DNA of 64,000 bases from Pyrinomonadaceae bacterium (GCA_050748205.1 JBOGOU010000513.1:9966-73965), one strand, 5' to 3'. Positions 18,627-28,853 are shown, counted from the stretch's first letter. Made by a program: numbers and translations. The notes: a model not told the origin generated them from the letters alone.

Positions 18627-21065
18627 TCACTCGTATCTCAGCGCCACCAATGGATTGACTTTCGTTGCCCTGCGGCCGGGTATGTAGCAGGCAACCAACG
18701 CCACAACGATGAGCAGCACCGCGATACCAACGAACGTTGCCGGATCGGTTGGTGCCACGCCAAAAAGCATCGTCGTCATCAATCGGGTAAGACCAAAGGC
18801 CCCAACCAGACCGAAAGCCACTCCAATCATTGCCAACATCATTCCCTGCCCGATCACCATTCGGAACACATCGCGCGATTGCGCACCAATGGCCACGCGA
18901 ATACCAATCTCGTGTGTGCGCTGCGTCACCGTGTAGGACATCACGCCGTAAATACCCACAATGGCGAGCACGAGCGCGACCACCGCGAATACGGTCAGCA
19001 ACAGCATGTTGAATCGCCGTCCCGAGATTGACTCCGCCAGAAGCTGTTGCATGGTTTTAGGGGCATCGACAGGCAGGTCTTTATCAATCATTTGAATCTG
19101 ACTCTTAACCGCCGCGGCGAGACTGAAAGGGTTTGAGTCGGTGCGGACAACAAGACTCATTGACGATGCCGCCATTTGCGGATAAGGAAAGTAGACTTCC
19201 GGCTTCGCACTTGAATCCAGGCCCAGTTGCCTCACGTCTCCGATTACGCCGACGATTGACATCCACGACTCTCCATCATCGAATGTGATTCGCTTGCCTA
19301 TCGGGTCTTCGTTGGGAAAGTAAATGCGAGCCAGGTCGGCGTTGATGATGGCAGCCTTGGGCGCGTCGCTTTTGTCTCTGTCAGAGAAATCGCGCCCCTT
19401 GATCAAGGCTATATCGAGCGTACGGAAATAACCCGGGCTGACGCTGCGCGTATTGATAATCATCTCTTGGCCAGCTTCAGGTTCGGGGCGCCCTTCGATG
19501 CGGAAATCAGAACCAGAAACGTTCAGCGTCAAGGGAAGACCTGTGGTTGCGCCGGCGGACTTTACGCCGGTCAGCGACTCCAGTCGCGCGAGCGTCTCTT
19601 GAAAGAAAGCTGCCTGCTGACGATCCTCAGGATACTTGGAACGCGAAAGCGTCAGGTTCACAGCCAGCACATTGTCCGGATTGAACCCAAGACTTATCTG
19701 CTGGAGTCGCAAGAAGCTCTTAATCATCAGGCCGGCGCCGATGAGCAGCACCAGCGAGAGCGCAACCTCAACTGCTACGAGAACGCTGCGAGTGCGCTTG
19801 CCGGCGGCGCTCCCCATTGAGCCTCTCAAACCTTCTTTTAGCGCTTCGTTCAGATCGGGCTTTGACGCGTGAACTGCCGGAATCAATCCGAAGAGAATTC
19901 CCGTTACGAGCGAGACCGCCAGCGTGAAACCAAACAGGCGAGCATCAGCTCCGACTTCATTCAGCCGGGGGATATTGTCCGGCGCGAGCGCCATGAGCGC
20001 ATCTGTACCCCAGAATGCAAGCAACAATCCCAGGCAACCGCCCGCGAGCGAAAGCATCAGGCTTTCCGTCAGCAAGAGGCGCAAGACGCGCAGCCGGTTC
20101 GCGCCCAGAGCAGTGCGAATCGCAATCTCCTTTTGTCTCGATGCTGCCCGCGCAAGCAGAAGGTTGGCGATGTTTGCGCAAGCTATCAGCAGCATAAAGG
20201 CAACTGCTCCGAGCAGAACCAACAACGCCGGGCGGATTTCCTTTACAGTTTGCTCCTGCGTCGCGATCAGACTTATACCGATGTCTGAGTTTTCGTCCGG
20301 GTACTGCTGTTCAAGACGGTCTTCGATAATCGTCATGTCCGCGCGCGCCTGATCAATCGTTACGCCGGGTTTAAGCCGTCCTATGGCGAAGAATGAATAA
20401 TTGCCCCGGTCGGCCTCTTTGCTGGTTGCGGCGATCGGAACATAGAGTTCGGTGGGGTCATTCAGTACTCTTCCGAGATAACCAAAGCCGACGGGAAACT
20501 GAAAGTTGGGGGACATGACGCCCACGACCGTGTAGCTTTGATTATTGAGTGTCAGCGCCTTACCTATGATTTCTGAATCGGAACCGAAGCGACTCTGCCA
20601 GACACCATGGCCCAGGATTACAACGCGATTGGCTCCATCCTTGTCCTCTTCAGCCAAAAATGGCCGTCCGAGCAGTGGCTTCGCGCCGATAAGCGCAAAG
20701 AGATTGGCGGAAGCTCTGACGGCACTGAGCCGGGCCGGCTCGCCTGCACCACTGAGGTTCAGATTGGTGAATGTATATGCCGAGATTTGCTCGAAGGAAT
20801 GGTTTTGATCTACCCAGTCGCGCAGGTTGGCATAAGACACCGGCATCTGATACATGCCGCGCAGCGGGCTCTCTTCCCAGATGGTCACGAGGCGATCGGG
20901 CTCATGGTATGGGAGGGGACGAAGGAGCACGCCATTGATCACGCTGAACATCGCAGTGTTTGCGCCGATGCCCAGGGCGAGCGTGATTACTGCGATGACT
21001 GTGAATCCCGGATGCTTCAGCAGGCTTCTGATAGCGTAGCGAATGTCTTTGAGTAGTGTTTCCAT
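18627..21065 (-). CDS. ABC transporter permease, ADOP family
   Basis: 812 aa, METLLKDIRYAIRSLLKHPGFT ... [16 protein letters not shown]. Confidence 0.92.
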   Translation of the reverse strand: METLLKDIRYAIRSLLKHPGFTVIAVITLALGIGANTAMFSVINGVLLRPLPYHEPDRLVTIWEESPLRGMYQMPVSYANLRDWVDQNHSFEQISAYTFTNLNLSGAGEPARLSAVRASANLFALIGAKPLLGRPFLAEEDKDGANRVVILGHGVWQSRFGSDSEIIGKALTLNNQSYTVVGVMSPNFQFPVGFGYLGRVLNDPTELYVPIAATSKEADRGNYSFFAIGRLKPGVTIDQARADMTIIEDRLEQQYPDENSDIGISLIATQEQTVKEIRPALLVLLGAVAFMLLIACANIANLLLARAASRQKEIAIRTALGANRLRVLRLLLTESLMLSLAGGCLGLLLAFWGTDALMALAPDNIPRLNEVGADARLFGFTLAVSLVTGILFGLIPAVHASKPDLNEALKEGLRGSMGSAAGKRTRSVLVAVEVALSLVLLIGAGLMIKSFLRLQQISLGFNPDNVLAVNLTLSRSKYPEDRQQAAFFQETLARLESLTGVKSAGATTGLPLTLNVSGSDFRIEGRPEPEAGQEMIINTRSVSPGYFRTLDIALIKGRDFSDRDKSDAPKAAIINADLARIYFPNEDPIGKRITFDDGESWMSIVGVIGDVRQLGLDSSAKPEVYFPYPQMAASSMSLVVRTDSNPFSLAAAVKSQIQMIDKDLPVDAPKTMQQLLAESISGRRFNMLLLTVFAVVALVLAIVGIYGVMSYTVTQRTHEIGIRVAIGAQSRDVFRMVIGQGMMLAMIGVAFGLVGAFGLTRLMTTMLFGVAPTDPATFVGIAVLLIVVALVACYIPGRRATKVNPLVALRYE

Positions 21066-21075
21066 GATGTCATTT

Positions 21076-21110
21076 CCAGGTCCAATAAGTCCTAGAGGTC
21101 CTATAGGTCA
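21076..21110. repeat. 9-nt tandem repeat, family B
   Basis: ccaggtccaataagtcctagaggtcctataggtca. The last 3 nt are the stop codon of 21108..23525. Confidence 0.85.
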
Positions 21111-23525
21111 CTCGTATCTCAGCGCCACCAGCGGATCGACTTTCGTTGCTCGACGCGCCGGGATGTAACACGCAATTAATGCAACGGCGACCAATGCCGC
21201 TGAAATGGCAGCGAATGTTGGGAAGTCGGTTGCGCTAATTCCAAAAAGCAAACTTGCGATCAATCGCGTTAATCCATACGCTCCGGCAAGTCCGACCGCC
21301 ACACCAATCAGCGCCAACGTCATCCCGTTTCTCATTACCAGCTTACGCACGTCGCCAACCTGCGCGCCGAGCGCCATGCGGATACCGATTTCCTGCGTGC
21401 GCTGAGTGACTGCGTAAGACATCACGCCATGGATACCTATAGAAGCCAGCAGCAATGCTGAGATTCCAAACAAACCCAACAAGAGAGTGCGGAAGCGGGG
21501 TTGAGCAACTGACTCCGCCGCGATCGTGTCCATGGCTCGCACTTTCCCGATCGATACCTGCTTATCGAGAATTCCCAATTCATTCCGCATCGCACCAGCA
21601 AGGCTCATCGGATCGCCAGAGGTGCGCACAAGCAATGTCATGTCTGTCCAGAACGGTGCCTGTGAATACGCCACGTAGACTTCACCGTTAACGTCCGCAT
21701 CAAGGCCGACGTGTTTCACATCGGCGACTACGCCGACGATTTGACCAGTGAAGTTGTTGATGCCCAATTCCAGTCGTTTGCCGATCGGGTCCTCGTTAGG
21801 AAAGAAGCGATCAGCCATGGCCTTATTGATCAAAAGGACAGCAGGCGCTTGCAGGCCGTCGCTTTCACTGAAAACACGGCCCTTGATCAGTGAGATTTTT
21901 AACGCTTTAAAGTAATCCGGAGTGACAAAACGACAATCCGCGCCCGGCGACCTGCCCGGCGGGAACGGTCGTCCTTCTATATCAAATGCAAAGTTCATGT
22001 TATCGCCACTAAGCGGAAGATGTTTTGCCGCGGCGGCTGACTGCACGCCTGGCAAGGATTGGGCGCGCTCGAGTAGCTGTTGGAAGAAAGCAGGTCTGCG
22101 CTCACGGGGGTAACTGTTACGTGGCAATGACAGTTCCATCGTCAAGACATTGTCAGACGTGAATCCAGCGCCGACGTGCCGCAAGCGGAGAAAACTCTGA
22201 ATCATCAAGGCCGCACCGATCAGAAGGATCAGGGCCAGCGCCATCTCCGACATCACCAGCAGGCTGCGCAGACTATGTCGATGACTCGACCCCGCGGAAT
22301 TTCTTCCGCTGGCCTTGAGAGCATCTACGAGGTCCATTTTTGTTGATTGTATGGCTGGAGCTAGTCCGAAGATGATGCCGGTCAAGACTGAAATGAGCAG
22401 AGTGAAACCAAGCACCCAACCGTCGATAGCAATCTCTCCACGACGCGGGAAATCAGGCGGCACGATTCCTGACAAAACGTGTACGCCCCACGCTGCAAGC
22501 AAAGTTCCTGTCATCCCGCCAGCGACGGAAAGCAGCAAGCTTTCGGTCAACAACTGGCGAATGATGCGAGTGCGACCAGCGCCGAGTGCCGCGCGAAGAG
22601 CAAACTCTTTCTTGCGCGAACTAGATCGAGAGAGCAGCAGATTGGCGACGTTGGCACAGCTGATGAGGAGCACGAATGCAACGGCGACCCACAGGACCAG
22701 CAGGGGACGGCGTGCCGTGCCGACGATTTGCTCTGCGAGAGGAACAAGCTTGACGTTAGAGCCAACAAAAAAAGTCGGGTACTGCTGTTCAAGTCTCAGC
22801 TGAATTGCGTCCATCTCCGCTGTCGCCTGTCCCACGGTTATTCCAGGTTTGAGACGACCAATGACGTACAACGAATGACTTGAGCGTTGACGAAGAGTTT
22901 CAGCATCCAGGGCCAGAGGAACCCATAACTCCGCGGGCGCCGGTGTATATGCCACGAACAATAAACCCAACGTGACCAGTGCAAATGTCAGAAGATCAGT
23001 CGGTCCTATGCCGAATAACAAACCCTGCAAGAGTCGCGTCAACGCCAGAGCGCCGGCCATTCCCACTATCACTCCGATAAGAGCCAGCATCATTCCGCTC
23101 TTCAAAACCAGCTTCAGCACGTCACCAACCTGCGCACCGAGTGCCATGCGAATACCGATGTCATGAGTGCGTTGAGTTACTGCATAGGACATGACGCCGT
23201 AGATGCCGATCGTGGCGAGCAGCAAAGCCAGTCCGCCAAATGAACTCGTCAGCAAAGCAGCGGTGCGTTCCCGCGAAGTCGCATCGCGCACCTGCTGTTC
23301 TAAAGTACGCACATTGAAAAGAGGCACGCGCGCGTCGAGGCCATCCAGTTCGCGGCGCAGGGCAGCCGCTAATTCCTTTGGCGCGGTGTCTGAGCGCACG
23401 AGCAAGTTCATTTCCGGCCGGTATCTCATGAAGAGGGCCAGCGTGATTACCGCAATCGCCGTGAATCCCGGACGCTTGAGTAGGTTTCTGATCCCGTGTC
23501 TAATGTCTCTCAAGAGTGATTCCAT
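21108..23525 (-). CDS. Mosaic ADOP ORF: TM1 plus the C-terminal FtsX block of one paralog, fused in frame to a second paralog lacking its first ~200 aa
   Basis: 805 aa. MESLLRDIRHGIRNLLKRPGFTAIAVITLAL|FMRYRPEMNLLVRSDTAPKEL...GIGPTDLLTFALVTLGLLFVA|YTPAPAELWVPLALDAETLRQRSSHSLYVIGRLKPG... . The junctions are at about 23432/23433 and 22949/22950. Confidence 0.8.
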   Translation of the reverse strand: MESLLRDIRHGIRNLLKRPGFTAIAVITLALFMRYRPEMNLLVRSDTAPKELAAALRRELDGLDARVPLFNVRTLEQQVRDATSRERTAALLTSSFGGLALLLATIGIYGVMSYAVTQRTHDIGIRMALGAQVGDVLKLVLKSGMMLALIGVIVGMAGALALTRLLQGLLFGIGPTDLLTFALVTLGLLFVAYTPAPAELWVPLALDAETLRQRSSHSLYVIGRLKPGITVGQATAEMDAIQLRLEQQYPTFFVGSNVKLVPLAEQIVGTARRPLLVLWVAVAFVLLISCANVANLLLSRSSSRKKEFALRAALGAGRTRIIRQLLTESLLLSVAGGMTGTLLAAWGVHVLSGIVPPDFPRRGEIAIDGWVLGFTLLISVLTGIIFGLAPAIQSTKMDLVDALKASGRNSAGSSHRHSLRSLLVMSEMALALILLIGAALMIQSFLRLRHVGAGFTSDNVLTMELSLPRNSYPRERRPAFFQQLLERAQSLPGVQSAAAAKHLPLSGDNMNFAFDIEGRPFPPGRSPGADCRFVTPDYFKALKISLIKGRVFSESDGLQAPAVLLINKAMADRFFPNEDPIGKRLELGINNFTGQIVGVVADVKHVGLDADVNGEVYVAYSQAPFWTDMTLLVRTSGDPMSLAGAMRNELGILDKQVSIGKVRAMDTIAAESVAQPRFRTLLLGLFGISALLLASIGIHGVMSYAVTQRTQEIGIRMALGAQVGDVRKLVMRNGMTLALIGVAVGLAGAYGLTRLIASLLFGISATDFPTFAAISAALVAVALIACYIPARRATKVDPLVALRYE

Positions 23526-23537
23526 GGCTTTGTCTCC

Positions 23538-23660
23538 AAATTTCGGATTTCGGATTGCGAATTTCGAATTTGGCGTTTACCGATCTTTTGAGTGGTCAGG
23601 CGACAGAATTAACCGACGCCAATCTCAAATTCGAAATTCGCAATCCCAAATTCGAAATTC
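23538..23660. repeat. Heptad-zipper element, family A, full copy
   Basis: The left arm is 23538-23576 (aaatttcggatttcggattgcgaatttcgaatttggcgt). The right arm is 23616-23660 (acgccaatctcaaattcgaaattcgcaatcccaaattcgaaattc). Confidence 0.9.
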
Positions 23661-23661
23661 C

Positions 23662-26157
23662 CTATTCATAACGCAGCGCCACGAGCGGATCTACTTTCGT
23701 TGCGCGGCGCGCTGGTAGGTAACTCGCTAACAGCGCCACTCCCCCCAGGAGCAACGAAAGTGATACGAATGTAACTGGATCTGTAGTGCTGACGCCGAAT
23801 AGCAGGCTTGATAGCAAGCGCATCAACGCGAAAGCCGCTGCCAGGCCGAGCCCGATGCCGAGCAGCGCCAGAATCATTCCCTGTCTGATGACTAACTTGA
23901 GAACGTCGCCCGCTTGCGCGCCGAGCGCCATGCGGACGCCGATTTCGCGCGTGCGCTGCACGACGGAGTAAGAGATGACCCCGTAAATGCCGACTGCGGC
24001 AAGCAGCAACGCCACCCCGGCGAACATCGTCAAGAGCAGGAAGTTGAATCGCGGCTGCGCGACCGAAGTTGAAAGCAGTTGCGACATGGTGCTGATGTTC
24101 GCCACGGGCTGGTCCTTGTCCAGACTCGCAACCGCTTGTCGCACCGAACCAGTGACGCTCATCGGATCGCCAGTGGTGCGTATGACAAGTGTCATATCCC
24201 TACTCGGGCGCTGCTCGAGAGGCACGTACATTTCCGGCGCGGCGGCCGTCGTCAGGCCGATATGCCTTACATCGCCCACCACGCCCACGATTTCGCGCAT
24301 GCCAGCGGGCAAATCCAAATCAGGCGCACGATCGGGATGAAACTTCATCGCTTCGAAATTGAGTGTTACTCGTTTGCCGATGGGATTCTCATTGGGCCAG
24401 TAGCGTCGCGCCATCGTTTCGTTGATGATCGTGACACGTGCTGAGTTTTCGTTGTCCTGGTCCGTGAAATATCGTCCTGCCCGCAGTTGTACGCCGAGCG
24501 CACGGAAGTAGTCCGGCGTCACATCGCGGTAATGCGTTTCCCAGTTTTGACCACGTCCCGGCAGCGGCCGGCCCTCAATGAAGATGCCCGTCGAGCTATC
24601 CAGACCGCTCAGAGGGAGATATTCGACCGCGCCAACTGAAACAACACCTGGCAGCGTTTTCACCCGCTCGATTAGTTGTTGATAGAACCCGTTGATCTGG
24701 CTGTTCTCCCGATACTTTGCTTCCGGCAGGTTAATGTCCATGGTCAAGACGTTGTCGGGCTGGAAGCCAAGGTCAACTTGCTGCAAACGCACGAAGCTTT
24801 TGATCATCAGGCCAGCCCCGATCAGCAGCGTCAGAGATAGTGCGAGCTCAGCTACGACCAACAGGTTGCGAGTGCGACCACGTCGCGAACCCGAACGTAA
24901 CCCGCCTTCTTTGAGTGCATCGTTCAAGTCGGGCCGTGAGGCCTGAAACGCAGGCAGGAGACCGAAAATAATTCCGGTCAAGAGTGACAGTGCGATAGTG
25001 AATCCAAGCACGCGCCCGTCAAGCCCGATCTGCTCTCGCGGAATGTCGTAGGGAACAAACAAGCTGCGGGTCGAGTAAGGGAATTTGGCGAGCACGGCAA
25101 CGCCCCAAACCGCGAAGATCAGACCGAGGCCGCCGCCCATAATCGCCAGCAGAATATTTTCGACGAGCAACTGCCGGATCAGGCGCCAGCGGCCCGCGCC
25201 AAGTGCGGCGCGGATGGCGATCTCTTTTCGTCTGGTGGTGACCCGCGCCAATTGCAGATTGGCAACATTGGCGCACGCGATGAGCAGAACAAAGCCCACT
25301 GAACCGAACAGGACCAGCAACGCCAGGCGCAAGTTCTTAACTACTTGCTCCTCCAGCGGCGCAACCTTGATGCTCCAGCCGGAATTGATGTCAGCGTACC
25401 GCTGTTCAAGCCGGCCCGCGATTGTGTTCAATTCGCTCTGCGCCTGGATCGCAGACACGCCCGGCTTGAGTCGAGCTATTACTCCGAGCGAACCTACGCC
25501 GCGCGCATACTTGCGATCTCGAAACGAATCGAGACCGAAGGGAAGCCAAACCTCAGTATCCTTGGGAAAGCTGAGGAAGTTGAATCCGGGCGGCAAGATG
25601 CCGGCGATTTCATAGCCCTGCCCGTCAAGCGTGATTGGCTTGCCGACAACATTGCGATCCGATGCGAAGCGTCGCGCCCATAGACTGTTGCTGATCAGTA
25701 CGGCACGCGAAGCCCCTGGCTGCTCCTCTTCGGGCAGAAATGCGCGGCCGTAACTCGGCGTCACTCCGAGCACCGAGAAGAAGTTTGTCGACACTATTGC
25801 GTACTGAACCTGCTCAGGTTCCGCGTTGTCGTTGCTGCTGTCCGTGAGATTGAACCGGCCGAGAGTCCATGCACTCATGCCGTCAAGAGTCCGGCTTTGC
25901 GCTTGCACATCGTTGAAGTTTGGCAGCGAGAAAGGCACTTGCAAGCGGCCCTGGTTAGGCTTGCTACCCCAAAGCAGCACCAACCGATCGGGTTCATTGA
26001 AAGGCAGGGCCCGCAACAGCACGGCATTGACGACGCTGAAGATCGCAGTGTTGGCGCCTATCGCCAGCGCTAACGCCAGGACGGCCACGACGGTAAATGA
26101 AGGGTTCTTAGCCAGTACCCGGGCGCCGTAACGTATGTCTTGCCACAGTGTGTGCAT
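23662..26157 (-). CDS. ABC transporter permease, ADOP family
   Basis: The ORF track starts at TTG 26178. I prefer ATG 26157 because of a GGAGA SD upstream, giving [22 protein letters not shown]. Ends [15 protein letters not shown] with a TAG stop. Confidence 0.9.
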   Translation of the reverse strand: MHTLWQDIRYGARVLAKNPSFTVVAVLALALAIGANTAIFSVVNAVLLRALPFNEPDRLVLLWGSKPNQGRLQVPFSLPNFNDVQAQSRTLDGMSAWTLGRFNLTDSSNDNAEPEQVQYAIVSTNFFSVLGVTPSYGRAFLPEEEQPGASRAVLISNSLWARRFASDRNVVGKPITLDGQGYEIAGILPPGFNFLSFPKDTEVWLPFGLDSFRDRKYARGVGSLGVIARLKPGVSAIQAQSELNTIAGRLEQRYADINSGWSIKVAPLEEQVVKNLRLALLVLFGSVGFVLLIACANVANLQLARVTTRRKEIAIRAALGAGRWRLIRQLLVENILLAIMGGGLGLIFAVWGVAVLAKFPYSTRSLFVPYDIPREQIGLDGRVLGFTIALSLLTGIIFGLLPAFQASRPDLNDALKEGGLRSGSRRGRTRNLLVVAELALSLTLLIGAGLMIKSFVRLQQVDLGFQPDNVLTMDINLPEAKYRENSQINGFYQQLIERVKTLPGVVSVGAVEYLPLSGLDSSTGIFIEGRPLPGRGQNWETHYRDVTPDYFRALGVQLRAGRYFTDQDNENSARVTIINETMARRYWPNENPIGKRVTLNFEAMKFHPDRAPDLDLPAGMREIVGVVGDVRHIGLTTAAAPEMYVPLEQRPSRDMTLVIRTTGDPMSVTGSVRQAVASLDKDQPVANISTMSQLLSTSVAQPRFNFLLLTMFAGVALLLAAVGIYGVISYSVVQRTREIGVRMALGAQAGDVLKLVIRQGMILALLGIGLGLAAAFALMRLLSSLLFGVSTTDPVTFVSLSLLLGGVALLASYLPARRATKVDPLVALRYE

Positions 26158-26181
26158 GCCATTCTCCAGTGAATCCAATTC

Positions 26182-26220
26182 GGCTATCGGTCCAATAAGT
26201 CCTATAGGTCCTATAGGTCA
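26182..26220. repeat. 9-nt tandem repeat, family B
   Basis: ggctatcggtccaataagtcctataggtcctataggtca overlaps the stop of 26218..28638. Confidence 0.85.
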
Positions 26221-28638
26221 TTCGTATCGCAGGGCCACCAGCGGATCTACTTTCGTTGCGCGCCGCGCCGGCAAGTAGCAAGCGAGTAGCGCTACCAGGA
26301 GCAAACCGGCTGTGACGATCGAGAACGTCAACGAGTCGGTAGGCGTGACCCCAACTAAGAGGGTCGCCAGTAACCTTGTTAAAGCAAATGCTCCCGCCAG
26401 CCCGAGCACCACGCCAATCAAGGCGAGTGACATTCCGTTTGTAACTACCAGCTTCAAAACGTCTGCTGCTCGCGCTCCAAGCGCCATCCGGATGCCAATC
26501 TCTTGCGTACGTTGTGTGACTGCGTAAGACATCACGCCGTAGATCCCGATCGCTGCCAGGATTAGGGCCACGCCAGCAAAGATGCCGATTGAAACTGAGG
26601 AAAAACTGTAAAGAGATACTGAGAAGGCGCGCACCTGGTCCATTGTGCGCACGTCATATACTGGTTGGTCCTTATCCAGAGACCACACCTGCTGTCGTAA
26701 TGGCCCGGCGAGACTTATCGGGTCGACCTTTGTCTTTGCGACCAGCACCATCGATTGCCACGGATCCTGAGCGTGCGGCAGGTAGAAATCAGGAGTGACA
26801 GGAATGTTCAAATCGTGTTTGACGTCCTGCGCTACTCCTACCACTTCCATCCAGGGGGCCTTGTCCGGCGGCCCCGTGAAACGCATTCGCTTTCCAAGCG
26901 CTGTCGTGTCGGACCAGAACCTCTTTGCCAGGGTTTCGTTGACAATGATTACTAGTGGCGCGTCAGCTCTATCTTGATCCGTGAAACCGCGTCCTTTCAC
27001 GATCGGAATTCCCATCGTCTCGAAGTAGCGAGGAGTGCAAACTCTGTAGCGGCCGATGAAATCCTGGCCCGGTGGCGGCTCCGGAGCACCTTCGATCAGG
27101 AAAGCGTCCGATGAATTACTGCCGCCAAGAGGCAGATAATTCACGAGTGCCGCCGATTGCACACCGGGTACTGCTTCCACGCGCGTCACAAGTTCTGAAA
27201 AAAAGGAAGCCCGCTGCGGATTCTCGGGATACTTCGCTACAGGCAAAACGAGGTGCATCGTCATCAAATTGTCGGGATTGAAACCGGGGTTGGTCTTCAG
27301 GAGCGAAACGAAACTGCGCATCAACAGACCGGCGCTCACCAACAGCATTAACGAAAGGGCTACTTCTGAAATCACGAGTAGGCCGCGCAAGCGGTGCGGG
27401 CCTGAGGAAGTTTGCCGGCCGCCTTCTTTGAGCGCCCCATTGAGATCCGTTTTTGAGATTTGCCAGGCCGGCGCGAGCCCAAACAGGAAGCCACTGAATA
27501 GCGAGAGGCCCAGATTGAAGCCGAGCACAGGCAGACTGACTCCGAGTCGATCCCATCCAGGCGCAAACTTGGCAGCCTCACCCGGATTGAGAGTGCGGAG
27601 CAGATCAACTCCCCAGTAGGCGATCAGAATTCCAAACGTGCCTCCGATGAGTGACAGGATTATGCTTTCAGTCAGCAATTGACGAACGAGTCGCCAGCGA
27701 CTCGCCCCGAGTGCTGCCCGCAGGGCCATCTCTTTCTGCCGGCCAGCGGCTCGTGCCAGCATGAGGTTAGCGACGTTCGCGCAGACAATCAGCAAGACGA
27801 ATCCGACCGCCGCCATCAAGGCCAGTATTGCGGTCTTATATAGACGCACAGTGTTCTCGACGATCGGATAAGCAATCACGCCCCAGCCTGTATTCGATTC
27901 TGCATACTCTTTTTCCAGCCGGGAGGCGATTATGTCGAGATCAGCCTGCGCGCTTGCGAGCGTGACACCGGGTTTGAGACGGCCAACGACGTAATAAGAA
28001 TGGCTCTGCCGGCTGCGCGCCAATTCGGGAGTTAGTGTTAGCGGCGCCAGCACTTCAGCACCGGCGGGATAGTTGAATCCTTCCGGCATGACAGCAATAA
28101 CAGTGCGGGTCACACCGTTAAGCGTGATCGTCTTATTTACTATGCCGGGGTCACCACCGAAGCGGCGTTGCCACAAGCCATAAGTGAGGATAGCGACCGG
28201 GTCTTTGCCAGGTTGATCTTCATCCGACCGAAAACCTCTTCCGATCGATGGCTTTGTTCCCAGCACATCCAGGAAGTTCCCTGTGACCAAAAAACCCTGG
28301 ACTCGCTCGGGAGTTTCGAGGCCTGTAAGATTGCAGCTCCACCAACGATAGAGACCCAGGCTCTCGAATGTTTGATTCTGAGCGCGCCAGTCGAGGTAAT
28401 TTGCCATCGATGCTTCATTGCGCTCGACTCCCCGACTGGGCTGCTTTTCCCAAACCGCGACGAGGCGATCGAGCTCGGGAAACGGTAGCGGCTTGAGCAG
28501 CAGCGAATTGACAACGCTGAAGATGGCGCTATTGGCGCCTATGCCTATCGCCAGCGTGAGTATCGCTATGAAACTAAGAGTGGGACGCTTTAGAAGGGAT
28601 CGGGCGGAGAATTTCAAGTCCCTGAGCAGTGAATTCAT
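26218..28638 (-). CDS. ABC transporter permease, ADOP family (first gene of the array)
   Basis: 806 aa, MNSLLRDLKFSARSLLKRPTLS ... [24 protein letters not shown] upstream of the ATG at 28638. Confidence 0.92.
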   Translation of the reverse strand: MNSLLRDLKFSARSLLKRPTLSFIAILTLAIGIGANSAIFSVVNSLLLKPLPFPELDRLVAVWEKQPSRGVERNEASMANYLDWRAQNQTFESLGLYRWWSCNLTGLETPERVQGFLVTGNFLDVLGTKPSIGRGFRSDEDQPGKDPVAILTYGLWQRRFGGDPGIVNKTITLNGVTRTVIAVMPEGFNYPAGAEVLAPLTLTPELARSRQSHSYYVVGRLKPGVTLASAQADLDIIASRLEKEYAESNTGWGVIAYPIVENTVRLYKTAILALMAAVGFVLLIVCANVANLMLARAAGRQKEMALRAALGASRWRLVRQLLTESIILSLIGGTFGILIAYWGVDLLRTLNPGEAAKFAPGWDRLGVSLPVLGFNLGLSLFSGFLFGLAPAWQISKTDLNGALKEGGRQTSSGPHRLRGLLVISEVALSLMLLVSAGLLMRSFVSLLKTNPGFNPDNLMTMHLVLPVAKYPENPQRASFFSELVTRVEAVPGVQSAALVNYLPLGGSNSSDAFLIEGAPEPPPGQDFIGRYRVCTPRYFETMGIPIVKGRGFTDQDRADAPLVIIVNETLAKRFWSDTTALGKRMRFTGPPDKAPWMEVVGVAQDVKHDLNIPVTPDFYLPHAQDPWQSMVLVAKTKVDPISLAGPLRQQVWSLDKDQPVYDVRTMDQVRAFSVSLYSFSSVSIGIFAGVALILAAIGIYGVMSYAVTQRTQEIGIRMALGARAADVLKLVVTNGMSLALIGVVLGLAGAFALTRLLATLLVGVTPTDSLTFSIVTAGLLLVALLACYLPARRATKVDPLVALRYE

Positions 28639-28853
28639 CGATGGTTCTCCCAGCTATGACTGAAGTCGTCGTGCAAAACCGAATCTGCGAATCACCCGAG
28701 CCTCGTGCGAACAAAGTTATGGCCTCAAAAAGCCATGACACACGAGTGACGCGTTAAGGCATTCCCCAAATCCGCGTTTTCAATCAGAGCAACACCAGAG
28801 AACTAGACCTTCGGCGACGAGATCGTTTGAACATCGCCATGAAATGACATCAC

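Noticed and set aside
81-28663. Numerous plus-strand ORFs of 60-230 aa overlap the ADOP genes, for example 81..464, 3523..4167, 5356..5790, 7933..8391, 17235..17924, 25085..25615.
   Set aside because: They are antisense shadow ORFs of long minus-strand genes. Their 'conserved' motifs (..SVNNWR..R.APSA.R.AIS..) are simply the complement of the conserved LLTES/FtsX block. They have no SD and no independent motifs.
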